The notes: generated by a model not told the origin, from the sequence alone. Shown: positions 18,903-28,812, counted from the stretch's first letter. The stretch is 64,000 nt of DNA from IMGVR_UViG_3300046507_000667:1-64000, one strand, 5' to 3'. Numbers and translations are program-made.

Positions 18903-19517
18903 TTAAGCTTCCAATTTAACTCGTTTGTGTCGACCAATACGATCGTATTGAAGCATATAAGGTACCCCGTTCCTATCAAGCTTATACTCTCGATCGGTTT
19001 CTACTCGAATATCATGAAGTGAAAAGCCTTCTATGATATAAGGACGGTTACTTTCTTTTCTTTGATTATCATTTGTAAGCATGAAAAAGGGCAAAACCGC
19101 CTTCTCTTTTTCACGTTGGTTCTCAAAGGAATGTTGAATATGGTCGTCGAAAAGAACTGTATCGAAGCGAGCAATATTATGGTGCATGTATGCACCATCA
19201 TAAATAAACTCACCTTCCGCATTATTCATAAAGAAAGTAAGACCTGTTGTATTAGAAAATTTATCTGTATGAGATCTTACACCATTAGGATGACAGATCA
19301 TAAGATTAAAGAATCCATCTGTCAAACCAAGTCTATCTGGAATCAAAGTTACATCACTTTCAGCAATTTCTTGATTAAGTTGGATGCTGTAATGATGCTT
19401 AATATCCTTATCATCATCCTGATACCACATATTCTGAAATAATGCACCGATATAATTACGGATTTGCATCATTGAAAATACACGGATTTCTGATTTACGG
19501 AAAATAGGATAAGACAT
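18903..19517 (-). CDS. 2OG-Fe(II) dioxygenase-like protein
   Basis: SHTD (HxD), GEFIY, VLFDDHIQHS distal His; double-stranded beta-helix pattern. Confidence 0.6.
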   Translation of the reverse strand: MSYPIFRKSEIRVFSMMQIRNYIGALFQNMWYQDDDKDIKHHYSIQLNQEIAESDVTLIPDRLGLTDGFFNLMICHPNGVRSHTDKFSNTTGLTFFMNNAEGEFIYDGAYMHHNIARFDTVLFDDHIQHSFENQREKEKAVLPFFMLTNDNQRKESNRPYIIEGFSLHDIRVETDREYKLDRNGVPYMLQYDRIGRHKRVKLEA

Positions 19518-19550
19518 AGTATAAGATTTATGTAAGTTAGAATAAACTAC

Positions 19551-19748
19551 TTAGTATTGTAGTTCTACATCATCCTCATCTTCCTGAATACGACGGAAGT
19601 CATTAGGAGTAAGATTACGAACGTTACGATTAAAATCTGATTTAGTTTTAGCTTTCGCACCACGGTTCTGTTCTTTTTTAAAGCCCTTCGACAGACGAGC
19701 ATCTTGATCTTGAACGTTCTTATTTGGTGCAATGATTTCTTTAGCCAT
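19551..19748 (-). CDS. small charged hypothetical protein
   Basis: 65 aa, basic N-terminus, acidic C-terminus. Confidence 0.7.
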   Translation of the reverse strand: MAKEIIAPNKNVQDQDARLSKGFKKEQNRGAKAKTKSDFNRNVRNLTPNDFRRIQEDEDDVELQY

Positions 19749-19811
19749 TTCAGTATTACAGTAAATTTTTTATGAAGTTTTATGGAAAAATGTTTACTAC
19801 TAAATCAGTTG

Positions 19812-20042
19812 TTATTCTGGATCTACTACAGAGAATTCAATTTCATCATGCTTAATCAGAATCTGATTAGCAGGGAAAAGCTGTTGAAGAGTACTATACA
19901 AATGCGTAAAAGCAAGACTATCTTTATTAGTAGCCATCTTAGTATACTGTTCTTTTGGAACAGATACTACAAGAACTTGACCCGGTTCAAGTTTAATCTT
20001 TGAAACTTCTACTTCAATCACTTTAAGCTGTGCTTCAGTCAT
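19812..20042 (-). CDS. hypothetical protein
   Basis: 76 aa, AGGA SD. Confidence 0.7.
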   Translation of the reverse strand: MTEAQLKVIEVEVSKIKLEPGQVLVVSVPKEQYTKMATNKDSLAFTHLYSTLQQLFPANQILIKHDEIEFSVVDPE

Positions 20043-20409
20043 TTGATGATCCTTTACCTAAACCTAAACCAATACGATCAAATCTTTCTTGCAAACGTTC
20101 ATCACGTTCTTTCTTTGTAGCACGCCAGTATTCATGATTAAATAGTGCGGTAGCTGTTTGGCTTACTTCACTTTGGCTAACTGAAGTCTTATTCACTGCA
20201 TCAAGTGCAACAATAGCATCATCTGGATCATTAAATTCAATAACTTCAGTAGTCAGTGCTACTGCTGGATGATTTACTGTTTTTTCATTACCACTCCAAT
20301 AAGATTGAGTAAATCCTCTTATTGATGTAGTGACAAGAATTCTAAAACGATTCCCATTAATATGGGTAGTTTTATTAGTCGCAGTTATTTGCTGATATTC
20401 CATAATCAA
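20035..20409 (-). CDS. hypothetical protein
   Basis: 124 aa, coupled. Confidence 0.7.
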   Translation of the reverse strand: MIMEYQQITATNKTTHINGNRFRILVTTSIRGFTQSYWSGNEKTVNHPAVALTTEVIEFNDPDDAIVALDAVNKTSVSQSEVSQTATALFNHEYWRATKKERDERLQERFDRIGLGLGKGSSND

Positions 20410-20618
20410 CCTTCTATATGAATATGATTGTGTGACTCATTGAAATTAGCTTGCAAAATATTGAAAAGATCAATTAATCCTTTATTTTGCTTATAAAATT
20501 CAGATTCATGAAGCTTCATTGAACCACCAGCTAAACGAAGAATACCATTAGTAATCTCCATTGCTGCTTTTCGATCAATATCAAGCTTAATCTTTTCAGT
20601 TGTGCTTTTGATGGCCAT
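20406..20618 (-). CDS. hypothetical protein
   Basis: 70 aa, coupled. Confidence 0.65.
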   Translation of the reverse strand: MAIKSTTEKIKLDIDRKAAMEITNGILRLAGGSMKLHESEFYKQNKGLIDLFNILQANFNESHNHIHIEG

Positions 20619-20799
20619 TTTTCTTATTCAAATTAATACGGCATAGATATGAATCATGGATTCTAACACCTTTAGAATCTATAAATACTTTAGATTCTGG
20701 AGTGATTTTTCCATAACATACTGGACATCTAACTTCCATCTCTTCTTTCTTAAGAAAAGATTTTTTACTAAAGTATTTTATAAGATTCTTAATCATCAT
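20596..20799 (-). CDS. small protein with CPVC...H...C putative zinc finger
   Basis: start placed at ATG 20799 overlapping upstream stop. Confidence 0.55.
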   Translation of the reverse strand: MMIKNLIKYFSKKSFLKKEEMEVRCPVCYGKITPESKVFIDSKGVRIHDSYLCRINLNKKNGHQKHN

Positions 20800-21043
20800 T
20801 AATATCAGTACAAGTATACTTTTTATTCTTGTTAGAATCAATCTTCATAGCTTTTACTTTAAGTCTTTCACAAAAAGCTAGAGTTCGAGTATCTACGATT
20901 TCTACAAGCTCACCATGAGTATCTTGTACAAAAAGAAACCCATGTTCACTGATTAAATTGGCATGGGCAAGTACGGAATAACAGAAAACCCAAATACCAA
21001 AGAGAATCTTATTCATCTTCGCAAAACATTCCATCAAATCCAA
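20789..21043 (-). CDS. small protein with signal-peptide-like N-terminus
   Basis: MNKILFGIWVFCYSVLAHA signal-like segment, two Cys. Confidence 0.6.
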   Translation of the reverse strand: MDLMECFAKMNKILFGIWVFCYSVLAHANLISEHGFLFVQDTHGELVEIVDTRTLAFCERLKVKAMKIDSNKNKKYTCTDINDD

Positions 21044-21293
21044 CGAGGAAAATTAACCAAGTGAAGTTCCAAAATCTTCTTTCAAAGATATTGCGTTTTG
21101 CCATAACTGCACTTGGAATCATATCGAATACAACTACTAATGGAAAATATAGACACCAAAGAGGGCATCTAATAAGATCAGTTTTAATACGAATAATTCG
21201 CTGACCTACAAAATTTCCATGAGTAGATAGGATAATCAATCCGAGGATGATCCATCCATAGTATCGTCCAAAGAAGTCATAATATCCTGACAT
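21009..21293 (-). CDS. small membrane protein
   Basis: three hydrophobic segments. Confidence 0.55.
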   Translation of the reverse strand: MSGYYDFFGRYYGWIILGLIILSTHGNFVGQRIIRIKTDLIRCPLWCLYFPLVVVFDMIPSAVMAKRNIFERRFWNFTWLIFLVGFDGMFCEDE

Positions 21294-21712
21294 ACAATCT
21301 CCTTGACAATGTCCTTAATAACTTCTTGATGAATAGCTAGCATAGTGGTAATAAGACCTTTAGTCATCTTCTTACCATTGCCGAAGTATTCAGCATAATA
21401 TCCATTCATCCATTTGAGGCATTTATCGATAGCATCAAAGTTATGAATTAGATACAGATTAAATTCTGGATAACGATCAATATATTTATTAGCCAATTCC
21501 AAAGTTTCTTCTTCTGGAAGTGGGTCTCCGCCTTCTGCAATGAAGAGAAGGATAAGTTTGTGAAGCTCAGATACATCTTTACGCTTCTTAATCAAGTCCA
21601 TTTTACATACTTGCGCATAGTGTTCACCTGCAGCAAAGATCTGATCAATCTGCTTTTCCATCAAAGTCGGATCTTGACTAACTGAAGCGAGTGCATTTTC
21701 GTAGAGCAACAT
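21236..21712 (-). CDS. hypothetical helical protein
   Basis: 158 aa. Confidence 0.75.
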   Translation of the reverse strand: MLLYENALASVSQDPTLMEKQIDQIFAAGEHYAQVCKMDLIKKRKDVSELHKLILLFIAEGGDPLPEEETLELANKYIDRYPEFNLYLIHNFDAIDKCLKWMNGYYAEYFGNGKKMTKGLITTMLAIHQEVIKDIVKEIVCQDIMTSLDDTMDGSSSD

Positions 21713-21746
21713 GGTAGGTCTTAGTAGAGTTATTAATTAAGGGATA

Positions 21747-22004
21747 TTACAAAATATTCAATGGAAAATACTTACGTTCATTTTCCTTTTGGCGTGCTGC
21801 TTTAACACGAGCTACTGCTTCTTCTGCATCATCCTTATGGATATCCCATACCAAAGGATCTGGATGAAGACGATTGAATCGAATTCCATCTCCACAGAAC
21901 TTATAATCACCGTCAAACTGTTTGTCAAAATACTTATAACCAACAGAGTGAGTTAAACCTGCCGAACGAGCTAAAAGATTAGCTAGGTTGATATAGTCTG
22001 ACAT
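21747..22004 (-). CDS. hypothetical protein, first gene after early promoter
   Basis: 85 aa. Confidence 0.7.
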   Translation of the reverse strand: MSDYINLANLLARSAGLTHSVGYKYFDKQFDGDYKFCGDGIRFNRLHPDPLVWDIHKDDAEEAVARVKAARQKENERKYFPLNIL

Positions 22005-22212
22005 GGTTTAAATAAGATGGAAATGAATATGTACAATACGAAACATGATACCGATCATCAGAAACCAACCAATGAATCTCCATTGTTTAGGAAATTTATT
22101 GTCGCTACCTCCCATATTCAAAGTAAGAATACAGAAAATAATAAGGCACATAACGAGGATAAGAGTATTGGTCATGATAACTTAGAAGAGTTATTTAAGG
22201 TACTTCAATAAT

Positions 22213-22223
22213 ATAATATATTT
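22213..22223 (-). promoter_or_regulatory. early-type promoter AAATATATTAT
   Basis: exact motif just after terminator 22249-22277. Confidence 0.65.
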
Positions 22224-22248
22224 ATAAAAAGACAATTGATTTTAGATA

Positions 22249-22277
22249 TCCCTATACTCCTTATGAGAGTATAGGGA
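22249..22277 (-). terminator. terminator, CCCTATAC family
   Basis: TCCCTATACTC...GAGTATAGGGA. Confidence 0.8.
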
Positions 22278-22282
22278 ATCTT

Positions 22283-22447
22283 TTAAATAGAATAAGTTCG
22301 TTCTAGCATTTCATTCGTCACACGAGAATCCCATGCTTTCTGTTCATATTCTTTTTCTCTTTCATTAAGCCTATTTACAAAAGCTTCAACTTGTGCTTCA
22401 GTAGGTTGAAAATTCTTTGCAGCTTCAATGAGTTCACGGACATTCAT
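22283..22447 (-). CDS. small hypothetical protein (54 aa, MNVRELIEAAKNFQPTEAQVEAF...)
   Basis: ATGA coupling, ends just before terminator. Confidence 0.7.
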   Translation of the reverse strand: MNVRELIEAAKNFQPTEAQVEAFVNRLNEREKEYEQKAWDSRVTNEMLERTYSI

Positions 22448-23118
22448 GTATTCTCAGTATCCATTGTTGGATTGAGGCCTGCCATTGCTAATGCAGTTGG
22501 ATCAAAATGATGCTGTTGATCAGCTACAGAGGCATATCGACTAGCACTATGATCAGTACCGGGATCGCTAAAAGAATGCGAATGTACTAGCTCTCTATTT
22601 GGGTCATAAAGAGAATTACTATGACCTGGATCAATTAGATTATGGTGATGAATAAAACCACCATCAGCTAGCATACCCATACCAGCTTCATCTACAGGAT
22701 GTTTAAGATGTTCAGCCATAGTATGTACTTTCTTATTACTATAAGTAATTTCAGAAAGTCGAACACGGCTTAATTCTGCTACACGGCGTGCTTCAGCTTC
22801 AGTCTTCTGGATCTCTTGCCAACGACGTTCAGCAAGTAAATAGCCTTCGAAAGCCCAGATTTTATCAAATGCTTTGCGATATGCCCATTCATTACCAATG
22901 ATAGGATTAAAGTTTGCTGGATCTACGCAAGCTGAAATACCTTCAAAAGTAAAGCCATTTTCCATTGTGATAATACAAATTGTCATTGTAGTATCAGGTG
23001 GATTAAAATAATCGATCTTTTGGATACGATCCTTAATAGAATCTTCTGTTACACGAGGTGCAGGTGATGCATCGGTTAATTCTTGTAGATCATTGTCACT
23101 CATTAATTGGGACATCAT
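22444..23118 (-). CDS. N4 gp49 / Sf6 gp66 family protein with His-rich C-terminal extension
   Basis: PRVT...TICIITMENGFTFEGISACVDPANFNPIIG...AFDKIWAFEGYLL signature. Confidence 0.85.
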   Translation of the reverse strand: MMSQLMSDNDLQELTDASPAPRVTEDSIKDRIQKIDYFNPPDTTMTICIITMENGFTFEGISACVDPANFNPIIGNEWAYRKAFDKIWAFEGYLLAERRWQEIQKTEAEARRVAELSRVRLSEITYSNKKVHTMAEHLKHPVDEAGMGMLADGGFIHHHNLIDPGHSNSLYDPNRELVHSHSFSDPGTDHSASRYASVADQQHHFDPTALAMAGLNPTMDTENT

Positions 23119-23186
23119 TTCACCTAAGAAGTTAGTTGTTTGTGTTACTGCTAACTATGGGTTACTTTAGATGTCCCTTTGGCAAA

Positions 23187-23630
23187 TTACAAGTCAGTGA
23201 TACCTAAAAGAGACTTTAATGTATTCATCTCAACTTGCATATCTTCTCGCAATTCTGAAATGCATTTATTTTCAAAGAAACCTGTGCAAATAGCATCTAG
23301 TCTTTTAACTGATTCAATTACCGGACTATTATATCGACCTAGATTTTTAATCTTCTCAAAAGTTTCAGCATTCCATCCATTATCTGGCAATGACGGAGGT
23401 TCTTTAGGAAGAGGCTCAATCCTATCATCCTTATTCTTAATTACAATAACATCATTCAGACTAAGGCTTTCTCTAGTAATGATACCAATCTTTTTATTAC
23501 CGGGTTTTTTACCACCGGGTTTGGGAGATCCTGGACCTCCAAGGCGTTTACCGTAAATACTCATTATATAATCCTTTTTTTTTAAATGATCAAACAAACC
23601 GTTTCCAAGGAAGTCCTGATCCGAGGGCAT
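23187..23630 (-). CDS. hypothetical protein
   Basis: 147 aa; true start may be the internal Met (MSIYGK). Confidence 0.55.
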   Translation of the reverse strand: MPSDQDFLGNGLFDHLKKKDYIMSIYGKRLGGPGSPKPGGKKPGNKKIGIITRESLSLNDVIVIKNKDDRIEPLPKEPPSLPDNGWNAETFEKIKNLGRYNSPVIESVKRLDAICTGFFENKCISELREDMQVEMNTLKSLLGITDL

Positions 23631-24609
23631 TAGATGTAAATTTTCGAGTATATTCGTAAGTAATTCCGTCGTTCTTAAATTCCAAGCTCATCTTATCAAA
23701 TTCTTCACAATACTTTTCCCAAATACCACGGCTTTGATGTGGCTTACCCCAATTAGAGTCAGCTACTACACCATGATCTTCTAGGATATTTTGTGCATGA
23801 ATCTTCCACCTTTCCCATTGCTTCCATTCTTCACCAGTCTGAAAGAACCAGCAAGCAGGATTTTGAGCAGTTTTAATGAAACCTGCAATGAGACTTACTG
23901 TTTCCAATAGTTCTCGAATAGTCAATAGATCATCTACTCGATTATCGGTAATATTGATTGAAAGAGTACGAAGTTCACAAGCTACAACAGTACTACCTTC
24001 TAATTCTCTAGCAGCTTTAACGAATACTCCACCACGACCTTTCTTACCAAAGCTTCCACTTAGATGTGGATTATTAAGGTTATTGAGGCAAGTGTAAATT
24101 CGATTCTTATTACCCCAAAGCATCTCTAGAAGCAATAGCATATAGTAAACATCTTCAGATTCTTGTACATCACCTAAAGTAAGATGTAAACTGTGCTCGC
24201 CTTTTGGAAGAAGATCAATATGACGTAAAAGATTAATTTGATCTAAAAGAATATACACATCATTTACTGGAAGAAATGCAAACTCCCAATACCCATCTTG
24301 ACCTTTAGGAAGACCCATCTTTTGAGTTTTAAGAAGGGTTGGAAGAAGGTATTTATCTTCTTCAATAGCAATTTCTTTGGAAATACGACCTTTAGTATCA
24401 AAGTCTCCATTCTTATACTCTCCAGTTGCAATATATTTCTTATAAAATTCTGGAAAGTAACTACTAAAGTTAACTTCAATTTCTGCACCAATACTTGCAA
24501 CACCACGCCAATTTTTACGTTCAGAAAGACTACCAGCATTCGGAGCCAATTCAAAAAGACGATTCAAGAGATATTTAGCTTTCTTATCAAATTCAGTATA
24601 ATTATTCAT
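23590..24609 (-). CDS. putative amidoligase (glutamate-cysteine-ligase-like COOH-NH2 ligase fold)
   Basis: IGAEIE, YWEFAFLP, HSLHLTLG, CELRT motifs in the expected order. Confidence 0.6.
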   Translation of the reverse strand: MNNYTEFDKKAKYLLNRLFELAPNAGSLSERKNWRGVASIGAEIEVNFSSYFPEFYKKYIATGEYKNGDFDTKGRISKEIAIEEDKYLLPTLLKTQKMGLPKGQDGYWEFAFLPVNDVYILLDQINLLRHIDLLPKGEHSLHLTLGDVQESEDVYYMLLLLEMLWGNKNRIYTCLNNLNNPHLSGSFGKKGRGGVFVKAARELEGSTVVACELRTLSINITDNRVDDLLTIRELLETVSLIAGFIKTAQNPACWFFQTGEEWKQWERWKIHAQNILEDHGVVADSNWGKPHQSRGIWEKYCEEFDKMSLEFKNDGITYEYTRKFTSNALGSGLPWKRFV

Positions 24610-24643
24610 TGTGCTATGCAAAAAGAAATTAGAAGAATTATTT

Positions 24644-24674
24644 ATAGGGAATAGCCTCTTCGACTATTCCCTAT
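24644..24674 (-). terminator. 11-bp stem hairpin
   Basis: ATAGGGAATAG...CTATTCCCTAT. Confidence 0.7.
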
Positions 24675-24681
24675 ATTTTAC

Positions 24682-24981
24682 TTAAGCGGCAATTGCTTGT
24701 TCCATATTCATTGCAGCTTTAGCAATTTCAATTACTCGATCAATCATCACTCGCTGGTTGTAATTTACGATTCCAACAACAACTGGTTCTGAAGTCTTAC
24801 CATGATGAGTTTCTTCTTCAGCTTTATACCAGAAAGTGCCAGTAGGCTGAATATCTTTAAAATAAAATACTTGAATTTCACCTTTGAACCCACGGGTATG
24901 ACTATCGATACGAATAGCTTCATTATTCTTATTAAAATAAACGCCTTTAAATGCCACAATTGCATCAGATTTCTTAATCAT
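24682..24981 (-). CDS. hypothetical protein
   Basis: start at MIKKSDAIV, coupled to upstream small ORF. Confidence 0.7.
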   Translation of the reverse strand: MIKKSDAIVAFKGVYFNKNNEAIRIDSHTRGFKGEIQVFYFKDIQPTGTFWYKAEEETHHGKTSEPVVVGIVNYNQRVMIDRVIEIAKAAMNMEQAIAA

Positions 24982-25105
24982 TTTGATACTCTTTCTCGTT
25001 TTTAAGAATAGTGTCCCAATCAGGTTCGGTAGTGAACCATTCATACAGCATCCATCCTAATCCAGCTAGAATTAGGATTGCTACAATACTCCAATGATTT
25101 ATCAT
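24974..25105 (-). CDS. small membrane peptide (43 aa, MINHWSIVAILILAGLGWMLYEWF...)
   Basis: ATGA-coupled, single TM helix; not in ORF track. Confidence 0.6.
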   Translation of the reverse strand: MINHWSIVAILILAGLGWMLYEWFTTEPDWDTILKNEKEYQND

Positions 25106-25299
25106 TGTTGAATAGGTTGTGTCATGCCAGTTGATGCTTTTGGAATAGGTTGCTGCTTAGGTACAATCATTAAACCACCAGTAGTAGCTCGTACATCTGG
25201 CTGATCTAGATTTGTAGGGTTTTTATTATCATTAGGATCACTACCACCACAAGCAGTCAGTACAATACCAAAGACAATTAGAGATAATGCAGTTTTCAT
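25102..25299 (-). CDS. small lipoprotein
   Basis: signal peptide with lipobox LTA/CGGSD. Confidence 0.8.
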   Translation of the reverse strand: MKTALSLIVFGIVLTACGGSDPNDNKNPTNLDQPDVRATTGGLMIVPKQQPIPKASTGMTQPIQQ

Positions 25300-25523
25300 T
25301 TTTGTGATATTGATAAAATATGGTCAATCTTTCCTTTATCTAGGAAGGATACAGGACCAAATTTAAACATTTTTGTTTCAGAACCATTATAAATCTTTTC
25401 CATACCAATATACCAATCGATTGAATCTACTGGCTTATAGTAAAAAGTTACTTCAGTATCTGTACGAAATTTTTCAATCCGAACTACTTCACCTTTATCA
25501 TTAAAGCGAATTCCTTCGGACAT
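25296..25523 (-). CDS. hypothetical protein
   Basis: 75 aa, coupled. Confidence 0.7.
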   Translation of the reverse strand: MSEGIRFNDKGEVVRIEKFRTDTEVTFYYKPVDSIDWYIGMEKIYNGSETKMFKFGPVSFLDKGKIDHILSISQK

Positions 25524-25527
25524 TTGA

Positions 25528-26046
25528 TCACCTTACATGCATGTAAGCTGAACTATTGAGAGCAGCATCGATACGAGGACCATTAGCTGGTACTGTATCA
25601 TGCATACCTACTTGCATTTCAGGCAAGCTACTAATTGTATCACGGTATGCTACATCAAAAGCTGCTTCATTCTTCACCTTTTGTGCCCAATAGATCTCAG
25701 CCATGATATCTTCTGGAACTGCATAATCTTCAGCAGTATCAGTAAGAATCTTTACATGTGCAAGATCTGCTACACATACAGGCTTACGCTTTTCTAAAGG
25801 TACTTGTGCGAGTTGAAGAATACTGACTAAGTATTGCTGATAAACAAGATATGGAATCTTACCAGTAATACATAGACGCTTATAATTCAAATATTCTAAA
25901 TAGATATTTGTAAGCACTGATGAATTACTAAAATCTTTTGGCACATTAATTGTCGCTGAAAGAATTTCTTGACGCAATTGTACAAAGTGAAGGATTTCTT
26001 CTGCTTGATTAGGATTATCCATGATATTCTTAAAATGAAATGCCAT
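25528..26046 (-). CDS. hypothetical protein
   Basis: 172 aa. Confidence 0.75.
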   Translation of the reverse strand: MAFHFKNIMDNPNQAEEILHFVQLRQEILSATINVPKDFSNSSVLTNIYLEYLNYKRLCITGKIPYLVYQQYLVSILQLAQVPLEKRKPVCVADLAHVKILTDTAEDYAVPEDIMAEIYWAQKVKNEAAFDVAYRDTISSLPEMQVGMHDTVPANGPRIDAALNSSAYMHVR

Positions 26047-26075
26047 AACCTTTCTTGATTATGGCATTGATTTAT

Positions 26076-27233
26076 TTAGTTTGAGAGATTATGAAGAAAA
26101 TTTTTAAATTCACGAAGATTCATTAATACTGGACCTGGCTTACGATATACGCCACCAAGCTTTGATGAATCTAGGCGATATTTTTGTGCAGCTTCATTAG
26201 GATCACAAAAGAAACTTTTTGGATCTTCAAATTCTTCATGATCCATTCCACGGTAAATATCTTCTTGAGTGAAAGTTTTACCAGATTGACGAAGTGTTTC
26301 AATAGCTTTTAATGCTGATTGAATTCCACCAAGAAGAATATCATCATCCAACTTTTCTACTTTCTTTTTTACAGGAGCTTCAATCATAACATGATACTTT
26401 ACACCATTTACAAGAAAATGACTAAATCCTGCAGCATCTACTTCATAAATATCAGCATAAATATCATTCCAACGAACTACTGGTACTTTTTGAAAAAGGT
26501 CAGCATACTCTGAAATAATTTCAGCGATCTGCTTAAGATTCGCAGCATGTGCTTTTTCAAGAATACTCCGTACAGCTTCTACTGGAGTATTTTTCATCTC
26601 CCAATAAATCTGTCCGTTAGTTTCCATTAGTGATTGAAGAATATTAGTCTTTTCTTTTTGTGTGGTTGCACGAACGCTATGATACAATTTAGCAAGAGCC
26701 GATGCTTGATAGATGATTGTCTGAAGTTTTACATCAGACGTATGAACTTCATTCAATAAAATATCATCACGATTGATGATACTATTGTAATGGTCTTGCT
26801 CATCTTTAAGTTGCTTTGCAATATTTTTAGCAGAAATAGACAAATTATCTTGCTTAGCTTTATCAGCCCAAGTCTGAATAACCTTTAGACTACTAAGTTC
26901 CTCAGTAAAGTCAAGAGGCTGAAACTTTACAGTTACATTAACTGGTTTTGCTTCAGGTTCAATCTTTCGACCATTAGGCTCACTGATAGTTGAAGTAGCC
27001 TTACAGCAAGAATTATTACGGCGGCAAATATCTTCATGATGGCATGACTTACCATCACCACAGGATACATGCGGCATATCACTCTTACTACCAGTATGAT
27101 GAATACCGATAGTTTGATAAAGATCAGCTAGAACTGTATTCGGAATCATCATATTGTGGCGCTTGAATACACATTCAATAGCTTCTGCAGTACGAGCCGA
27201 AACAGGATGGAGTACAATAGTTTTATTAGTCAT
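26076..27233 (-). CDS. hypothetical protein with short Cys cluster (CGDGKSCHHEDICRRNNSCC)
   Basis: 385 aa. Confidence 0.8.
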   Translation of the reverse strand: MTNKTIVLHPVSARTAEAIECVFKRHNMMIPNTVLADLYQTIGIHHTGSKSDMPHVSCGDGKSCHHEDICRRNNSCCKATSTISEPNGRKIEPEAKPVNVTVKFQPLDFTEELSSLKVIQTWADKAKQDNLSISAKNIAKQLKDEQDHYNSIINRDDILLNEVHTSDVKLQTIIYQASALAKLYHSVRATTQKEKTNILQSLMETNGQIYWEMKNTPVEAVRSILEKAHAANLKQIAEIISEYADLFQKVPVVRWNDIYADIYEVDAAGFSHFLVNGVKYHVMIEAPVKKKVEKLDDDILLGGIQSALKAIETLRQSGKTFTQEDIYRGMDHEEFEDPKSFFCDPNEAAQKYRLDSSKLGGVYRKPGPVLMNLREFKNFLHNLSN

Positions 27234-27236
27234 GAT

Positions 27237-27419
27237 TTATTTAAGATAATCTCGAAGAAGGTAAGACAGATTGCAGTTGGTATCAACCTTGACTGCATTT
27301 TTAGGTTTATGTATATTATGAACTTGATTACTATTCCAAGCTAATCTCATTAATTCAACATGTTCTTCTAATAATTTTTCTGTGCGAAAATTCTCTTCTA
27401 GCCACTCATCAAATGTCAT
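27237..27419 (-). CDS. small hypothetical protein
   Basis: 60 aa, MTFDEWL start common in phage early genes. Confidence 0.65.
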   Translation of the reverse strand: MTFDEWLEENFRTEKLLEEHVELMRLAWNSNQVHNIHKPKNAVKVDTNCNLSYLLRDYLK

Positions 27420-27577
27420 TTCTTCTCCACGGGAATATCACCATATTCCTCGTCTTTTTCATGCTTACAATGATTACATTTGACTCGATTAAAGATGACC
27501 ACAGTTGGATCATCTTCACTTACTTCGATACGAGTCCATTCATGTGTGCAAAAAATAGTTTTTACTAGTCCGAACAT
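27416..27577 (-). CDS. small zinc-ribbon-like protein (53 aa, FCTHEW...KCNHCKHEK)
   Basis: ATGA-coupled; CxH and CxxC; not in ORF track. Confidence 0.65.
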   Translation of the reverse strand: MFGLVKTIFCTHEWTRIEVSEDDPTVVIFNRVKCNHCKHEKDEEYGDIPVEKK

Positions 27578-27587
27578 GAGTATTTAT

Positions 27588-28385
27588 TTAGTTATAAGTA
27601 ACTGTCATACCATGAAATGGTTTAAATTCATAGTTCTTTCTACGGTTCTCACCATAATTATCAACGGCTTCATTGATATTACCATCATTGAAACCATCTT
27701 GAGTTTCCATGAAAGATGCACCAGTAAAGAAACTACGACGTGCTTCTTCAGCAATAAGATTTTTAAGATCATCAATAGACATAGTTACCATTGTCTTAGA
27801 ATTTGATGTTCGAAGTCCATTATTATGAGGAATCGTAGAAGAGTCGGCATATTGCTCATTACTATCAAGCTCAAGATCGCCCATACCTTCTAGAGCTTCA
27901 TCATCATTATTGCTATTATTAACCCATTGCTCATCATCATCTACACCATCAGCAACTGGCTTAATTTTCTCTTGTGAATTCCACCAACCCATATATTGCT
28001 TTACTAGATGACTATTAAATTCATCATAGTATTCTTTAACAGCAGCTACAAATTGAACATACTTCATTGGTGTATTAAATTGACCACCATCCCATACTGA
28101 CAACCATTCCCATGTATGGGCCATAATATCTTCACATTTTTGAGTTACATGTTCTGGTGATTTATAATTATCAAACTCTTTTTGAATCTCATATAGATCA
28201 TCATAAGTTTCTAGCATGAAAATACATAGTTCACGCCATGAATGTGTTGTAAGAAACTTATTGCCTAGGACACATGCAAGTACATGTCCTAAGCCATGAA
28301 AACGTTCATTAAAACGACGACGAAGCGTACTATCAGATACTTCACGATGTGGCTTTTTAGCTTTGTTTTTGTGCTTAGTAATCAT
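27588..28385 (-). CDS. hypothetical protein
   Basis: 265 aa with acidic linker. Confidence 0.8.
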   Translation of the reverse strand: MITKHKNKAKKPHREVSDSTLRRRFNERFHGLGHVLACVLGNKFLTTHSWRELCIFMLETYDDLYEIQKEFDNYKSPEHVTQKCEDIMAHTWEWLSVWDGGQFNTPMKYVQFVAAVKEYYDEFNSHLVKQYMGWWNSQEKIKPVADGVDDDEQWVNNSNNDDEALEGMGDLELDSNEQYADSSTIPHNNGLRTSNSKTMVTMSIDDLKNLIAEEARRSFFTGASFMETQDGFNDGNINEAVDNYGENRRKNYEFKPFHGMTVTYN

Positions 28386-28812
28386 TATTCATTTCCTCGT
28401 GACTTAGCATACATGAATAGTTATCATTATGCAGGTTATACACCATTCGATTCAGTTCATACTTGATATTATTAGGAATATCATAGATGCCACTATATTT
28501 TTCAATAGCTTGAACTGTCGCTTCTTTATTAGCTTGCTTGCCTTGGTTTCGTTTAATCCAATGCCAAACTGATTCTAAATATGATGCAAGGTACAACATC
28601 TGTTGAGAAGTACCATTAATGTATTTCTTTGTCTCCACCAAAGCTTCTGGATAATACTCTAAAAGCTTTTGAATCCGTAGGTATTCTTGTATATCATCCA
28701 TCCACTGATTTTGAGTGGTGAAAAGAGCAAGAAGTCGTACTTCATCATTAGGTAGTGCTGTCTCGACCGATAGATCCATGATATTATTATCTCGAAGTTT
28801 AATAAACCCCAT
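28375..28812 (-). CDS. hypothetical protein
   Basis: 145 aa, GGGGA SD. Confidence 0.75.
   Translation of the reverse strand: MGFIKLRDNNIMDLSVETALPNDEVRLLALFTTQNQWMDDIQEYLRIQKLLEYYPEALVETKKYINGTSQQMLYLASYLESVWHWIKRNQGKQANKEATVQAIEKYSGIYDIPNNIKYELNRMVYNLHNDNYSCMLSHEEMNNDY

Noticed and set aside
22017-22211. 64-aa + strand ORF in the gap upstream of 22004
   Set aside because: Antisense to the leader of a minus-strand early operon, no promoter motif and weak SD; cannot be supported, though not excluded
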